Shown: positions 20,101 through 27,929 of the stretch, piece by piece
How positions within the stretch are numbered: position 1 is the first letter of the stretch
How the letters are laid out: every line of letters begins with the position of its first letter
Origin: Nemertoderma westbladi
Lineage: Eukaryota; Animalia; Xenacoelomorpha
Assembly: GCA_032718475.1 (NCBI GenBank)
Contig: JAUCBJ010007425.1
Location: 1 to 33,779 of the forward strand
DNA: 33,779 bases
Direction: 5' to 3'
The notes under the pieces: model-generated
Told to the model about the DNA's origin: nothing
The model's database searches: none
What the model saw: the letters and a program-made list of their open reading frames with translations, nothing else
Position numbers and translations under genes: made by a program

Positions 20101-22220
20101 ATACTTTGCTGCACTTCTTGCAACTCTAGTCTACTTTCCCTTACTGTGCCCTTGAATTGCTGGACAGTCTCCTGCATCTGCCCGAGCAGGATATCCATCC
20201 CCCGCCGTCTCTCGTCCACCCATTCGACCGCCGAAGCGGGAGTCGCCAACGTTGTAGCGGGCGGACGAGGGACAACGGGCGACAAATTGTGAATATTTCG
20301 CTCGGGGTCCAGGACCTGAACTGTCTCTTGGGCAGTTCTGCGGGGCACAGGTAGCTTAGTGCTATGCAGAGGGAATTTATAGGTAGTTTCAGGGAGCACA
20401 TGTGTGTCTATCACCGAAGGGGTGATTTCAAGAACAGGCCTAATTATTTCAGGCTCATCTACTATAGTAGGGAGTCTTTCTATTTTAATTATTTGGTCTG
20501 TGGGCTCTGTACTACCTAAGTTGGTGTTATTTAGTTGCCTTCTAACAGCTGGAGGCAAATCAGGCAATTTCTGACGGTGGAATGTTCTTTTACGTCTACT
20601 TGGACGAGATCTATTTCCCTTGCCTTCAGTATCGGTGGTATCGCCTTCCTCAGATGATGTATACCCCTGTCTCTTGGGAGTAGATCGACTCATCATCTGC
20701 ATATTGCTCGCTGTTAACTGTTTATTGAAGTTGTCTTGCCTCTCTTGAAGATTTTCCAACTCTAGTTGGGTTGCCTCTTCAGATGCCCTCCGTTCTGCTT
20801 CTGCCACTGCCTCTGCTGTTTTTCTTTCGGCTTCTGCCGCTGCCACTGCTGCTGCCGCTTTCCTTTCCGCTTCGGCCTCTGCCACTGCTGCTGCTGCTTT
20901 CCTTTCCGCTTCGGCCTCTGCTGCTGCTGCTTTCCTTTCCGCTTCGGCCTCTGCTGCCTTTCTTTCCGCTTCTGCCTCTGCCACTGCTGCTGCTGCCTTT
21001 CTTTCCGCTTCTGCCTCTGCCACTGCTGCTGCCACTGCCGCTGCCTTTCTATCTTCTATACGTTTTTTCTTTACTTGTTCTTCTTGGTCTCTAGCGATGC
21101 GGAGTTGTTCATCGAATTTAGCTTGGTTCGCCGCTAACCTATCCACATCAATTGCATCCAACACACGCTGGGCTCCTTCACTATTAGGGCTAAGCCCATC
21201 TAGTCTTCTCCTCAACTCTTCATCACCTACGAAACGCTGATAGTCTGACAGATAGATGTCAATGGCATCCCTCTTATGCGGTTTCTCTGCCGTCGCTTCA
21301 CTTTCCACTTGGGAAAAAGTAGCGTCTGTTGATTCTCCATGGGTTGAGCGCTCCTCCAACTGAGCTTTCCACTGAGCTGCTCCTTGAACCTGGCGACTCA
21401 CCCATTGAAACCAAGTCTTTACGGCAACTTGCAACGACGTGTCTTGCCTTCTTTTAGAAGCCTCCTCAAAGGCGGATAAGATTAGCCTAATCCGCAGAAC
21501 TCTTTCTCTAACTTGATAAAGCAGCGATCCCTGCTCTTGAGGTCCTTGAGGTTGTTGAAAAAGTTGCTTTTCTATTCGCTCCATAGAGCTGAAGAATCCC
21601 TGTGCGTATCCGGCTGCGGACCTCTTCCACATAGCTGGATCGATGGTTTCCTTGGCTACTCCCATCCGGTGTATGTCTTCCCAGGCAGCTTCTGATAAAT
21701 CAAACGGGAGTCCGGGTCCGGGGAAGTTCCATTGCGACTCGACAATAGACTTCAGTTCTTCACTAGTGTAGCCCGCGTAGCTATCTCTAGTTGACCGTTG
21801 ACTTCTCGCCCAATCGATCTGGTGTTCTTCCACCGCGATCAATAACCCAGCGAGCACGGCTGCAGGAAGGATGAGAAGGGGATCCGTATAAACCGCATCC
21901 GTCATCTCTGCTCCGCTCTCGGGTGTCAGCTCTACAGTATCCTCACTACTGGAGCTGCTGGGCCGCTGAGGAATAAGTTCTTGACTAGCGGGTTGTTGCT
22001 GTTCCGCTGCTTGTTGGTCCCGCTTGACCTGAGCTCGAGTGCCTATGATAGACCTACGATGTTGGACTAGCCTAGGTTCTGTTATTACTACTGGAGGGAT
22101 GACCTTCCTCACAGTGGGAGGTGAACTGGATTTACGACCAGACGTTTGTACGTCTCTATCTGAGTCGCAGATAGTGACATCTAATAAACTGTCTGACAGG
22201 TTCTGCTTAGTATCAGACAT
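17193..22220 (-). CDS. BEL/Pao Gag-protease polyprotein with RNase H C-terminal remnant; RT and integrase absent
   Basis: BEL gag core KFNGDEMKW..F..EKLRYL..L.G; three zinc knuckles CVLCDGPH..C, CYNCLRRGH..C, CAKCGAKHH.LLH; protease ALLDSGS and RTRVGWYLTGP; then QWRYCP..NPTDIASRG and YSSWNRL. No YVDD, HHCC or DDE region was seen. Confidence 0.92.
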   Translation of the reverse strand: MSDTKQNLSDSLLDVTICDSDRDVQTSGRKSSSPPTVRKVIPPVVITEPRLVQHRRSIIGTRAQVKRDQQAAEQQQPASQELIPQRPSSSSSEDTVELTPESGAEMTDAVYTDPLLILPAAVLAGLLIAVEEHQIDWARSQRSTRDSYAGYTSEELKSIVESQWNFPGPGLPFDLSEAAWEDIHRMGVAKETIDPAMWKRSAAGYAQGFFSSMERIEKQLFQQPQGPQEQGSLLYQVRERVLRIRLILSAFEEASKRRQDTSLQVAVKTWFQWVSRQVQGAAQWKAQLEERSTHGESTDATFSQVESEATAEKPHKRDAIDIYLSDYQRFVGDEELRRRLDGLSPNSEGAQRVLDAIDVDRLAANQAKFDEQLRIARDQEEQVKKKRIEDRKAAAVAAAVAEAEAERKAAAAVAEAEAERKAAEAEAERKAAAAEAEAERKAAAAVAEAEAERKAAAAVAAAEAERKTAEAVAEAERRASEEATQLELENLQERQDNFNKQLTASNMQMMSRSTPKRQGYTSSEEGDTTDTEGKGNRSRPSRRKRTFHRQKLPDLPPAVRRQLNNTNLGSTEPTDQIIKIERLPTIVDEPEIIRPVLEITPSVIDTHVLPETTYKFPLHSTKLPVPRRTAQETVQVLDPERNIHNLSPVVPRPPATTLATPASAVEWVDERRRGMDILLGQMQETVQQFKGTVRESRLELQEVQQSIALERDKLVNTQRGIPPPSVTMCQPVRSEVLHAQGVEPTRIYTASEVETPIVNPIKGNYRPVCNDIPYGTDHNPRNLYTDNLILNSTMAQESFTRQMARTEARQAVKVGEIVKFNGDEMKWLPFNEYYKDNIQNSVLSNGEKLRYLIECLEGSPKLMALRFIGHPDGLRQVWDTLNIRYGNRNNIAGYLYAKLVAPRKFISSGIIEFSDEIQEICRQLDWLGKSHEYQSAMVIRAVASTLPKGGVGTRWDKKVLYMMEQQQRDPTMADLMSFLDGEVKLQLLRQSREKTLENKVSEKPVSRRRVTPVCYTDDGESQTSQGEDSGKDTDRSYVNKMPKDQVSKSKSQPNDRREQVRKTPPTSPKRIQVRKPEEKASVHNVTQNKVSNIKPKCVLCDGPHRLNACDKFLRKSLKDRREVMWDKRLCYNCLRRGHQRRTCNSDARCAKCGAKHHILLHTEFERNSPSQVSESELHVQFSDVNDTDQSEMEGFYTDEFSDQNESCYLINTTAVYRALVHEKDTDSDLTLTTSDQQPSWKAPTSNIGIREFPVVQVRVHGPKRSYVVNALLDSGSTGTFIDKELAEDIFAGQPKFQTKLNMSGIMQVWKSTITADYYVGALSTPQDELGEHSIRSVKMVAIKNFATTQADLYNWDEDESIQHLNIPRFQTDYPGVQILIGQNAHEALETLEKRPAQPQPLQTYAVRTRVGWYLTGPSRRTLRERLLQDRVCQVSEWEDDTSEGDDPTEGTPHSSDNDNLSSNVDQWRYCPKKFNPTDIASRGATPQELTDTIDRLGEPDFLSKENEWPPHLTPTEIRPAKGAEKVEPETRTGGSELFEPGIDLSVLHVARDDAVDLGLPSASGSFMKIRESDWSSGTSDVSQGLSPLLQRATDHYSSWNRLCDAVIYFERCFYRHYSRTKRKPGIVFRMQRLNHPVGRLCLSEGNGGLSGNCGRQDSLPTTTSLILQTSRDSIT
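20790..21050 (-). repeat. Coding tandem repeat (AAAAVAEAEAERK)n in gag N-terminal extension
   Basis: About seven imperfect units, all of lengths that preserve the reading frame. Confidence 0.9.
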
Positions 22221-22349
22221 GACTATGTATACCGTTGAATGTCTACTGCTGTATTACAGTCTGAGTAAGTCTAATAACTCAGTATTAACTGCTAGCCTAG
22301 TAATTAATTACCGGTACTGCTACTCAGTGTAGCGTGATATATATATAAT

Positions 22350-22605
22350 ATATTAGAATACCGGTATACTTATAGTATATATAACTATATAAGTATTATT
22401 GCAGACTAGGTTTATCACAGAATACCGGTATAATTTTAGCACAAATATATATAAATATATAATAGGCCTATCGGAATACCGGTATACAGCTTACAGTTCA
22501 TAGGATATATAATTCTGAAATAGAATTAATTATAAGTACCGGTATAATTTCAGCCTAGATTTATAGAAATAAAGATAATAGGCCTATCGTAAATACCGGT
22601 ATATC
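22350..22605. repeat. Degenerate repeat centred on TACCGGTATA in BEL leader
   Basis: Five copies of (aa)taccggtata at roughly 55-65 bp spacing, two of them preceded by ataataggcctatcg. Confidence 0.65.
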
Positions 22606-23569
22606 AATTATTTCAAATAATTGAATTTCTGTTACTTTTGGGTTACTTTGTTACTTTACTTACTTTATTACCGTTATTTGAGCAGTAATCCAACTGATAT
22701 TGAGACCTAATGGTTGTATGGTAGGCCTACGATTTATAAATCGTTAGATTTGATTTATAATATATATATACCCGTTTTAATGGGTTTTGTCAATGTTTGA
22801 AATAAATGTTATTATTTCTGGGGAGTAATCACTACACAAAGCGGTGCGCTTTCAGTGAAGTGTTACGTACAGGACACTAAAACAAATAATACTAATTTAC
22901 CTAAGTTACTTAATACTACAAATTACGTACAATTCGGGTGAGATTACAATCTCTAAATAAACACCAAAATTTTACAAAAACACAAATACGAATTTTTAGG
23001 GTAATTTTACAAGAAGTCTACAAACCAGCCTAACAAAGGGTTAGAAAACTGATTATTACAGCGGACAGGGTACTACGGTATTTGAAATAATAAGTAGTAG
23101 TAAATACACTGCGTTGTCTAGATAGGAAAATACCACCGCCTGACGACCTATAGCTGTATCGCTATAGGTTCTACGTTATGTATCACGGAGTGTTCCTACC
23201 TAGAAGTTAATAGAGCTAATCGAATGTGCCTATCAACCACTTTACAACACAGATATAATGTCTACAATAATTACTTCGGAAAGTACTATACACTAAACCC
23301 TAAATTAGGTACGAGTACTTGTATAACAAATAATCAGTAGTTAAATATACTTGAACAGCTAAAAGAACCACGGCATCTGCTGGAGTGACCGATGCACAAA
23401 ATCACCAGTCTTTACCTACGCCGAGCAGCCCGTGTAGTACCGAGGTTAATTTAACTATAGCGGTATGTATAACAAACACAATTACTGTAGGAACAAACTT
23501 GGGGACTTGAATGTTGCGAATAATCGCATAAACTCTGAATAATAAATATTACGCTACGCGTACAAACTA

Positions 23570-24112
23570 CTCAAACAAAATACAGACCGAACACTGACAG
23601 ACTACTATCAAGCCTAAACAAACTACGGTATATGCAGACTCCGAAATGATTAGGGAGTATGCGCTCTAACCCAGTAGTGCGACTTATTCTTTAGTTGGGG
23701 GATTACCTTACAGCGTTCGCTGCCCCTACTGCCTAATCGTACTTAATCGGACAGATGATCTACACACGCGGCAATCCGTTCAGACCTAATAACAGCCAGA
23801 CAACTATCCAGCCTACAAATTATCTAAATAAAATTATACGCTACCCGTACAGACTTACACAAACAGAGTACAGACTAAACGATGGCAGACTACTCTCAAG
23901 CCTAAATAAACTACAGGACATGCAGACTCCGAAATGATTAGGGAGTATGCGCTCTAACCCAGTAGTGCGACTTATTCTTTAGTTGGGGGTTTACCTTACA
24001 GCGTTGCTGCCCCTACTTCCTAACCGTACTTAATCGGACAAGTGCTCTACACACACTGCAATTCGTTCGGACTTAACAGCAATCAGACAACAGCTCAGCC
24101 TACAAATTGTCT
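23570..24112. repeat. ~288-bp tandem duplication in BEL 5' leader
   Basis: Two copies share an identical core atgcagactccgaaatgattagggagtatgcgctctaacccagtagtgcgacttattctttagttggggg with diverged flanks. Confidence 0.9.
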
Positions 24113-24378
24113 GTACAATCTGATCAGGTTTACACGCCTTCTGTTCAATACTGGCCTACAAATAAATAAAACTGACAGAAATAGGCCTAAGTAAAATCCC
24201 AATAAAAACCAGGCGTCCCCGATTAATTATTAAGACCTACCGGCATATATAATCAAATCGAATAATACTGCTGTACTTATACGGAAGTAAGTACCGGTCC
24301 GGATGATCAGGCAGTCAGGCCTACTGGTTACCGGTCGACCGATACTTTCGACTTTATTGCTTACTGCAATAAAGAAGC

Positions 24379-24390
24379 TATATCCTTTAA
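24379..24390 (-). promoter_or_regulatory. Non-tRNA primer-binding-site position, complementary to a 12-mer in the LTR
   Basis: Sense TTAAAGGATATA directly follows the LTR-terminal CA, with no TGG. Its reverse complement lies at 25148-25159 and 13904-13915. Confidence 0.55.
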
Positions 24391-25627
24391 TGTTCGCGCT
24401 TTCAGACCTTTGGCAGTTTAACCCACCAAATCAAGATGTCTTCTAGATATTAAATCTGCTTTTAGTCTATGACAAGTATTTGATTCACTACACTAGTCGA
24501 AACCAATCCGTGCGCGACCATTCACCCGCTGGATATTCCCGGGAGATTGGGTTCGACGGTTTAATTTTTATTGCTATGTAAGCCTAATGTATTATTCGAC
24601 TGACAGTATTATATAATCTCTGACAATATTATTCACCTTCGGTAATATTAACAGTTCCTTTAGGACGTGGCGCTTTATCTATATAAACAGAGTTATGACT
24701 TAAACTACTCACAACGATATGGCTTAATTATAATCCACATATATGACGCATTCTTTAGGAATTGCTTCTTTAACAGACTCACTCATACACTATGCTGCAC
24801 AATACTGCACACTAATCTGCCAATCTTCACTGATTTTAGTCACATATAAAAGGAACACAGGCTGACTCATGTAGGGTCTATCAAATAACATTAGATTCAC
24901 TTCAAACCACTTTAACATAAGTCACAATCGTTATTGGTAACCTTTCTCTCTTACCTTCGGTATATCAAGAATATTGGGTTGCGGGGTTATTTATCGTTAT
25001 TCCAAATATAATAATTCATCAACCATATTATGAAGAACTGACAGTAAATAGCAGTATCAAACAACAACTGAACAGTTAGGTAGATCGGTACATCAGTACC
25101 GGTATGTCAGCAGTGAGATATTTACAGTGAGATATTCAAGTAGTTTGTTAAAGGATATATGCCCTTTATAATTAAACCTACTAGTGTACGACTAAAAAGC
25201 AGTACAGCACAAAAATACTTCCAAGCCGTTCTTTCTTAGGCTCAGGACTGAATGTAAACACTGCACATAGGCATTGCGTCATTTCTCGGAAATTTTCTGT
25301 ACAAGGAGCCACAAAAACGCTCTAATTGGCTGACTGAACTGAGAGACGCCGTAGAACAAAGGAAATCAACACGTATGAATGTCAGCTGTTAACCGTAGTC
25401 ATAGTAACTACTGTTCAAGAGTAGCTATCACCCCTTTGCGTCACGAATTGCCATAGAATCATAAAATATGCCTTTCACAGTACACATACGGAGGAAATAG
25501 GTCTTAGATCCTCTAAAAACACCGATACAGCAATAATACGGTCTCTTACACTTATTAAATCAACTACAGAGTATTTTAATGTAAAAGATAATAAAAATAA
25601 CGGGGCAATTCAGCAAAGGCTTTTACA
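24391..25627 (-). repeat. 5' LTR of BEL element (1237 bp)
   Basis: Direct repeat of 13147-14388. The sense strand has a CCAAT box near 25328, TATAAA at 25170-25165 and AATAAA near 24570. Confidence 0.96.
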
Positions 25628-26384
25628 ATAACACATACCCAACAGGTTTAAATTTAGTACCGGTATGCATTGTTTGTCCATTGTCGCGCGTCGCGCCAAA
25701 CATAAGTGGAAATGAGTCATCGGTAGTAAATAGCTGGGTAACAAAAACACAAACAAACATAAAATACTGGTAATGCATACCTAACAATTGTCTGAGTATA
25801 TAGTGCGTATATATGATGGTTGGTAGTAAATTAACTGGTATCAAGAGCAGTTGATATCAAAAATTGAAACTGTGAGATAATAAGCACTTTAGTACATGTA
25901 TGTAAGGCTAAATGCATGCATAAATACTGTATAAAATAATATGAGAATACTGTTGTGTTGTTAAGATAGTGGTATAGATAATATGTAGCACATAAATATA
26001 TCGGTACTTGATGTACAATGTGTATAGTTAGAATAGTTTGCTGAATATATAAAAACAGTACAGACACAAAATTAAAAGTTAATAAAAAGAAACTACTGAT
26101 GCCATTTTGGGGCTATGATATATAGTTATTTCCTATGTCCCTGTTGGGGTTGGATTTTCTTACCTCTAATGTTTTCGTTTGACTTATTTGCTTGTATCAG
26201 GTGCGATTTGCGATTTGCGTTGGTTTCACTATGCCTGTGCCAAAACATTCCATGGTTCCATCATTTATAGACTATGAGATAGATTTCCATATGCGCCTGT
26301 GGTAAAAGACTCTAAATTTAATAGTTTGTGGTTGTTGTCGATAATCGGTTACCACATGACATAGCAAAACACTCATTTTATAGC

Positions 26385-26635
26385 CAAAAACAATTACTAA
26401 TTGATGGAAAGGAGCAGGTTAAGGCCGGATTTTCTAACCAAAACAATAAACAGTCACTTTTCCAAATGAAGGAAAGCTGCAGGTTACAGAGACGGGAATT
26501 TCTAACAAAAACAATAAACGATAACATATTACCAATTGAGAGAAAGGAGCAGGTTACAGAGGCAGGATTTCCTAACCAAAACAATAAACGATTACTTAAC
26601 TAATTGAGGGAAAGGAGCAGGTCACAAAGGCGGGC
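26385..26635. repeat. ~68-bp tandem repeat, about 3.5 copies
   Basis: Recurrent gaaaggagcaggtta...ggatttyctaaccaaaacaataaac at about 26406, 26471, 26541 and 26609. Confidence 0.85.
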
Positions 26636-26714
26636 CGTACATACAGTAGGTAAGATTAAAAATCGTAAAAATTTCAAATCCGAGCATAACGCATATCGAT
26701 TATTGCTCTCCATT

Positions 26715-26781
26715 TGTAGCCTGGGAGTTACACACGATGACTGGATGGAGTTGGTTATCAGAGAGTGGCCATGACATGGCC
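26715..26781. repeat. Detached, diverged first unit of the 70-bp satellite
   Basis: gagttacaca..ggagttggttatcagagagtggccatgacatggcc matches the units at 33105-33779. Confidence 0.8.
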
Positions 26782-26982
26782 GGGGGTGAGTGAGGGAGAC
26801 TTGACTTTAGTATATCTATCTATCATCTCTATAGCTATCTTTCAATCATAGTTTGTACAGTATTGATTGCAAATAGATTTCGAAACGCTAGGATCGATTT
26901 TGTCGACGGAGGTCAAACATGCCAATTCTCCCAACACGTTTGGCAGAGAGAATAGGGATATTTGGCATCCTAATTTAAAGAC

Positions 26983-27122
26983 TGTAGTGGTACTATCATA
27001 CTGATGCTACACTGCTAGTGGTTGCACACGAACCATAGCGTCCTTTGACTGACCTACCGGTACCGTACTACTTTACTCACATGTAGAAGCTACGTACTAA
27101 CCGATTTAGTTACTCCACTTCA
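26983..27122 (+). repeat. Gypsy 5' LTR (140 bp)
   Basis: tgtagtggtac...ctccacttca, repeated at 30884-30981 and about 32173-32214. Confidence 0.93.
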
Positions 27123-27123
27123 C

Positions 27124-27136
27124 TGGTGACCCAGAC
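27124..27136 (+). promoter_or_regulatory. Primer-binding site, tRNA-Trp type
   Basis: TGGTGACCCAGAC, one mismatch from the tRNA-Trp PBS TGGTGACCCCGAC. Confidence 0.8.
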
Positions 27137-27197
27137 TCGCACAACCGCATTTTGTGCGACCATCGAACTCGCCCACATCTCCACTACTGACTGACTG

Positions 27198-27927
27198 ATG
27201 GACGACTCAATCAGCGCCGTCGCCATTAAACTTCCCTCATTCTAGGCAGACACTGGACAACCCAGCCATCTGGTTTGCCCAAGTCGAGGCCCAGTTTCAC
27301 CTCCGGCGAATAGTCGACGACTCGACGCGATACTTTCACATCGTCGCGACACTGGACCAGGCTACTGCCTCCCGCCTTCTCGACACGCTGACCGCTCAAC
27401 CGGCCACTGGGAAGTACGAGGCGCTCAAGGCCCGGCTCCTCAGCACCTTCGCCCTCAGCCGACGCGAACGCGCTGCGAAGCTCCTGCACATGCGCGGGCT
27501 GGGCGATCGCAAACCATCCCAACTCATGGACGAGATGCTGGGCCTCCTCGCCGGCCACTCGCCCTGTTTGCTGTTCGAGCAGCTCTTCCTAGAGCAGCTT
27601 CCCGAGGACATCCGACTCCAGGTCTCGAACGACGCGTTCGATGACCCCCACACCCTCGCCGCCAAAGCCGACGTCTTGTGGCTGGCACAATCTGCTGGGC
27701 TCCCACAACAAGCCAGAGTCCGCGGGGTTTCTGCACCTCGGCCGCCCGCTTCCTTGAAGAACTCGGCTAAACTAAAGCCAAAAACTCTGTACTTGTCCAC
27801 GGATTTGAGCCACCCCGACACCGAGCAGTTGTGCTACTATAACGCACGGTTCGGTAGCGCGGCCCAGCGGTGCCGCTCGCCCTGCTCCTTTCCGACCCCG
27901 GGCAACGCTCCGACCAGCCGTCAGTAG
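27198..27927 (+). pseudogene. Gypsy gag, disrupted
   Basis: MDDSISAVAIKLPSF* (TAG in place of Trp), a frameshift, then WFAQVEAQF, LGDRKPSQLM and CYYNARFG..AQRCRSPC. Confidence 0.85.
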
Positions 27928-27929
27928 CG

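Larger units (their letters stand above)
13147..25627 (-). mobile_element. BEL/Pao LTR retrotransposon, non-autonomous (gag-protease only), recent insertion
   Basis: TG...CA LTRs at both ends, 5-bp TSD ATAAC (13142-13146 and 25628-25632), BEL-type gag and protease ORF. Confidence 0.93.
8875..26218 (-). mobile_element. Near full-length CR1/L2-group (Crack/Daphne-like) LINE, about 4.9 kb once the nested BEL element is removed
   Basis: The 3' tail (CATTAAA)n is at about 8872-8899. The 5' end is inferred because a host repeat unit (tgatttct..ctgtc.gacagtt | ..tttca..atgcct.tgccaaaacattc, intact copy near 8790-8841) is split between 8851-8874 and 26219-26250, with GTT at both junctions. Confidence 0.7.

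Noticed and set aside
20766-21137. Cys-rich and Leu/Pro-rich ORFs (metallothionein- or membrane-like)
   Set aside because: They are antisense shadows of the gag Ala-Glu-Arg-Lys repeat.
24370-24630. Group I intron R/S-like words (GTCAGAGATTA in the LTR, AAGGATATAGC after it, minus strand)
   Set aside because: The P7 pairing is mismatched and no P3-P6 core could be built.
26328-26603. 91-aa repetitive ORF
   Set aside because: It is a translation of the 68-bp tandem repeat.
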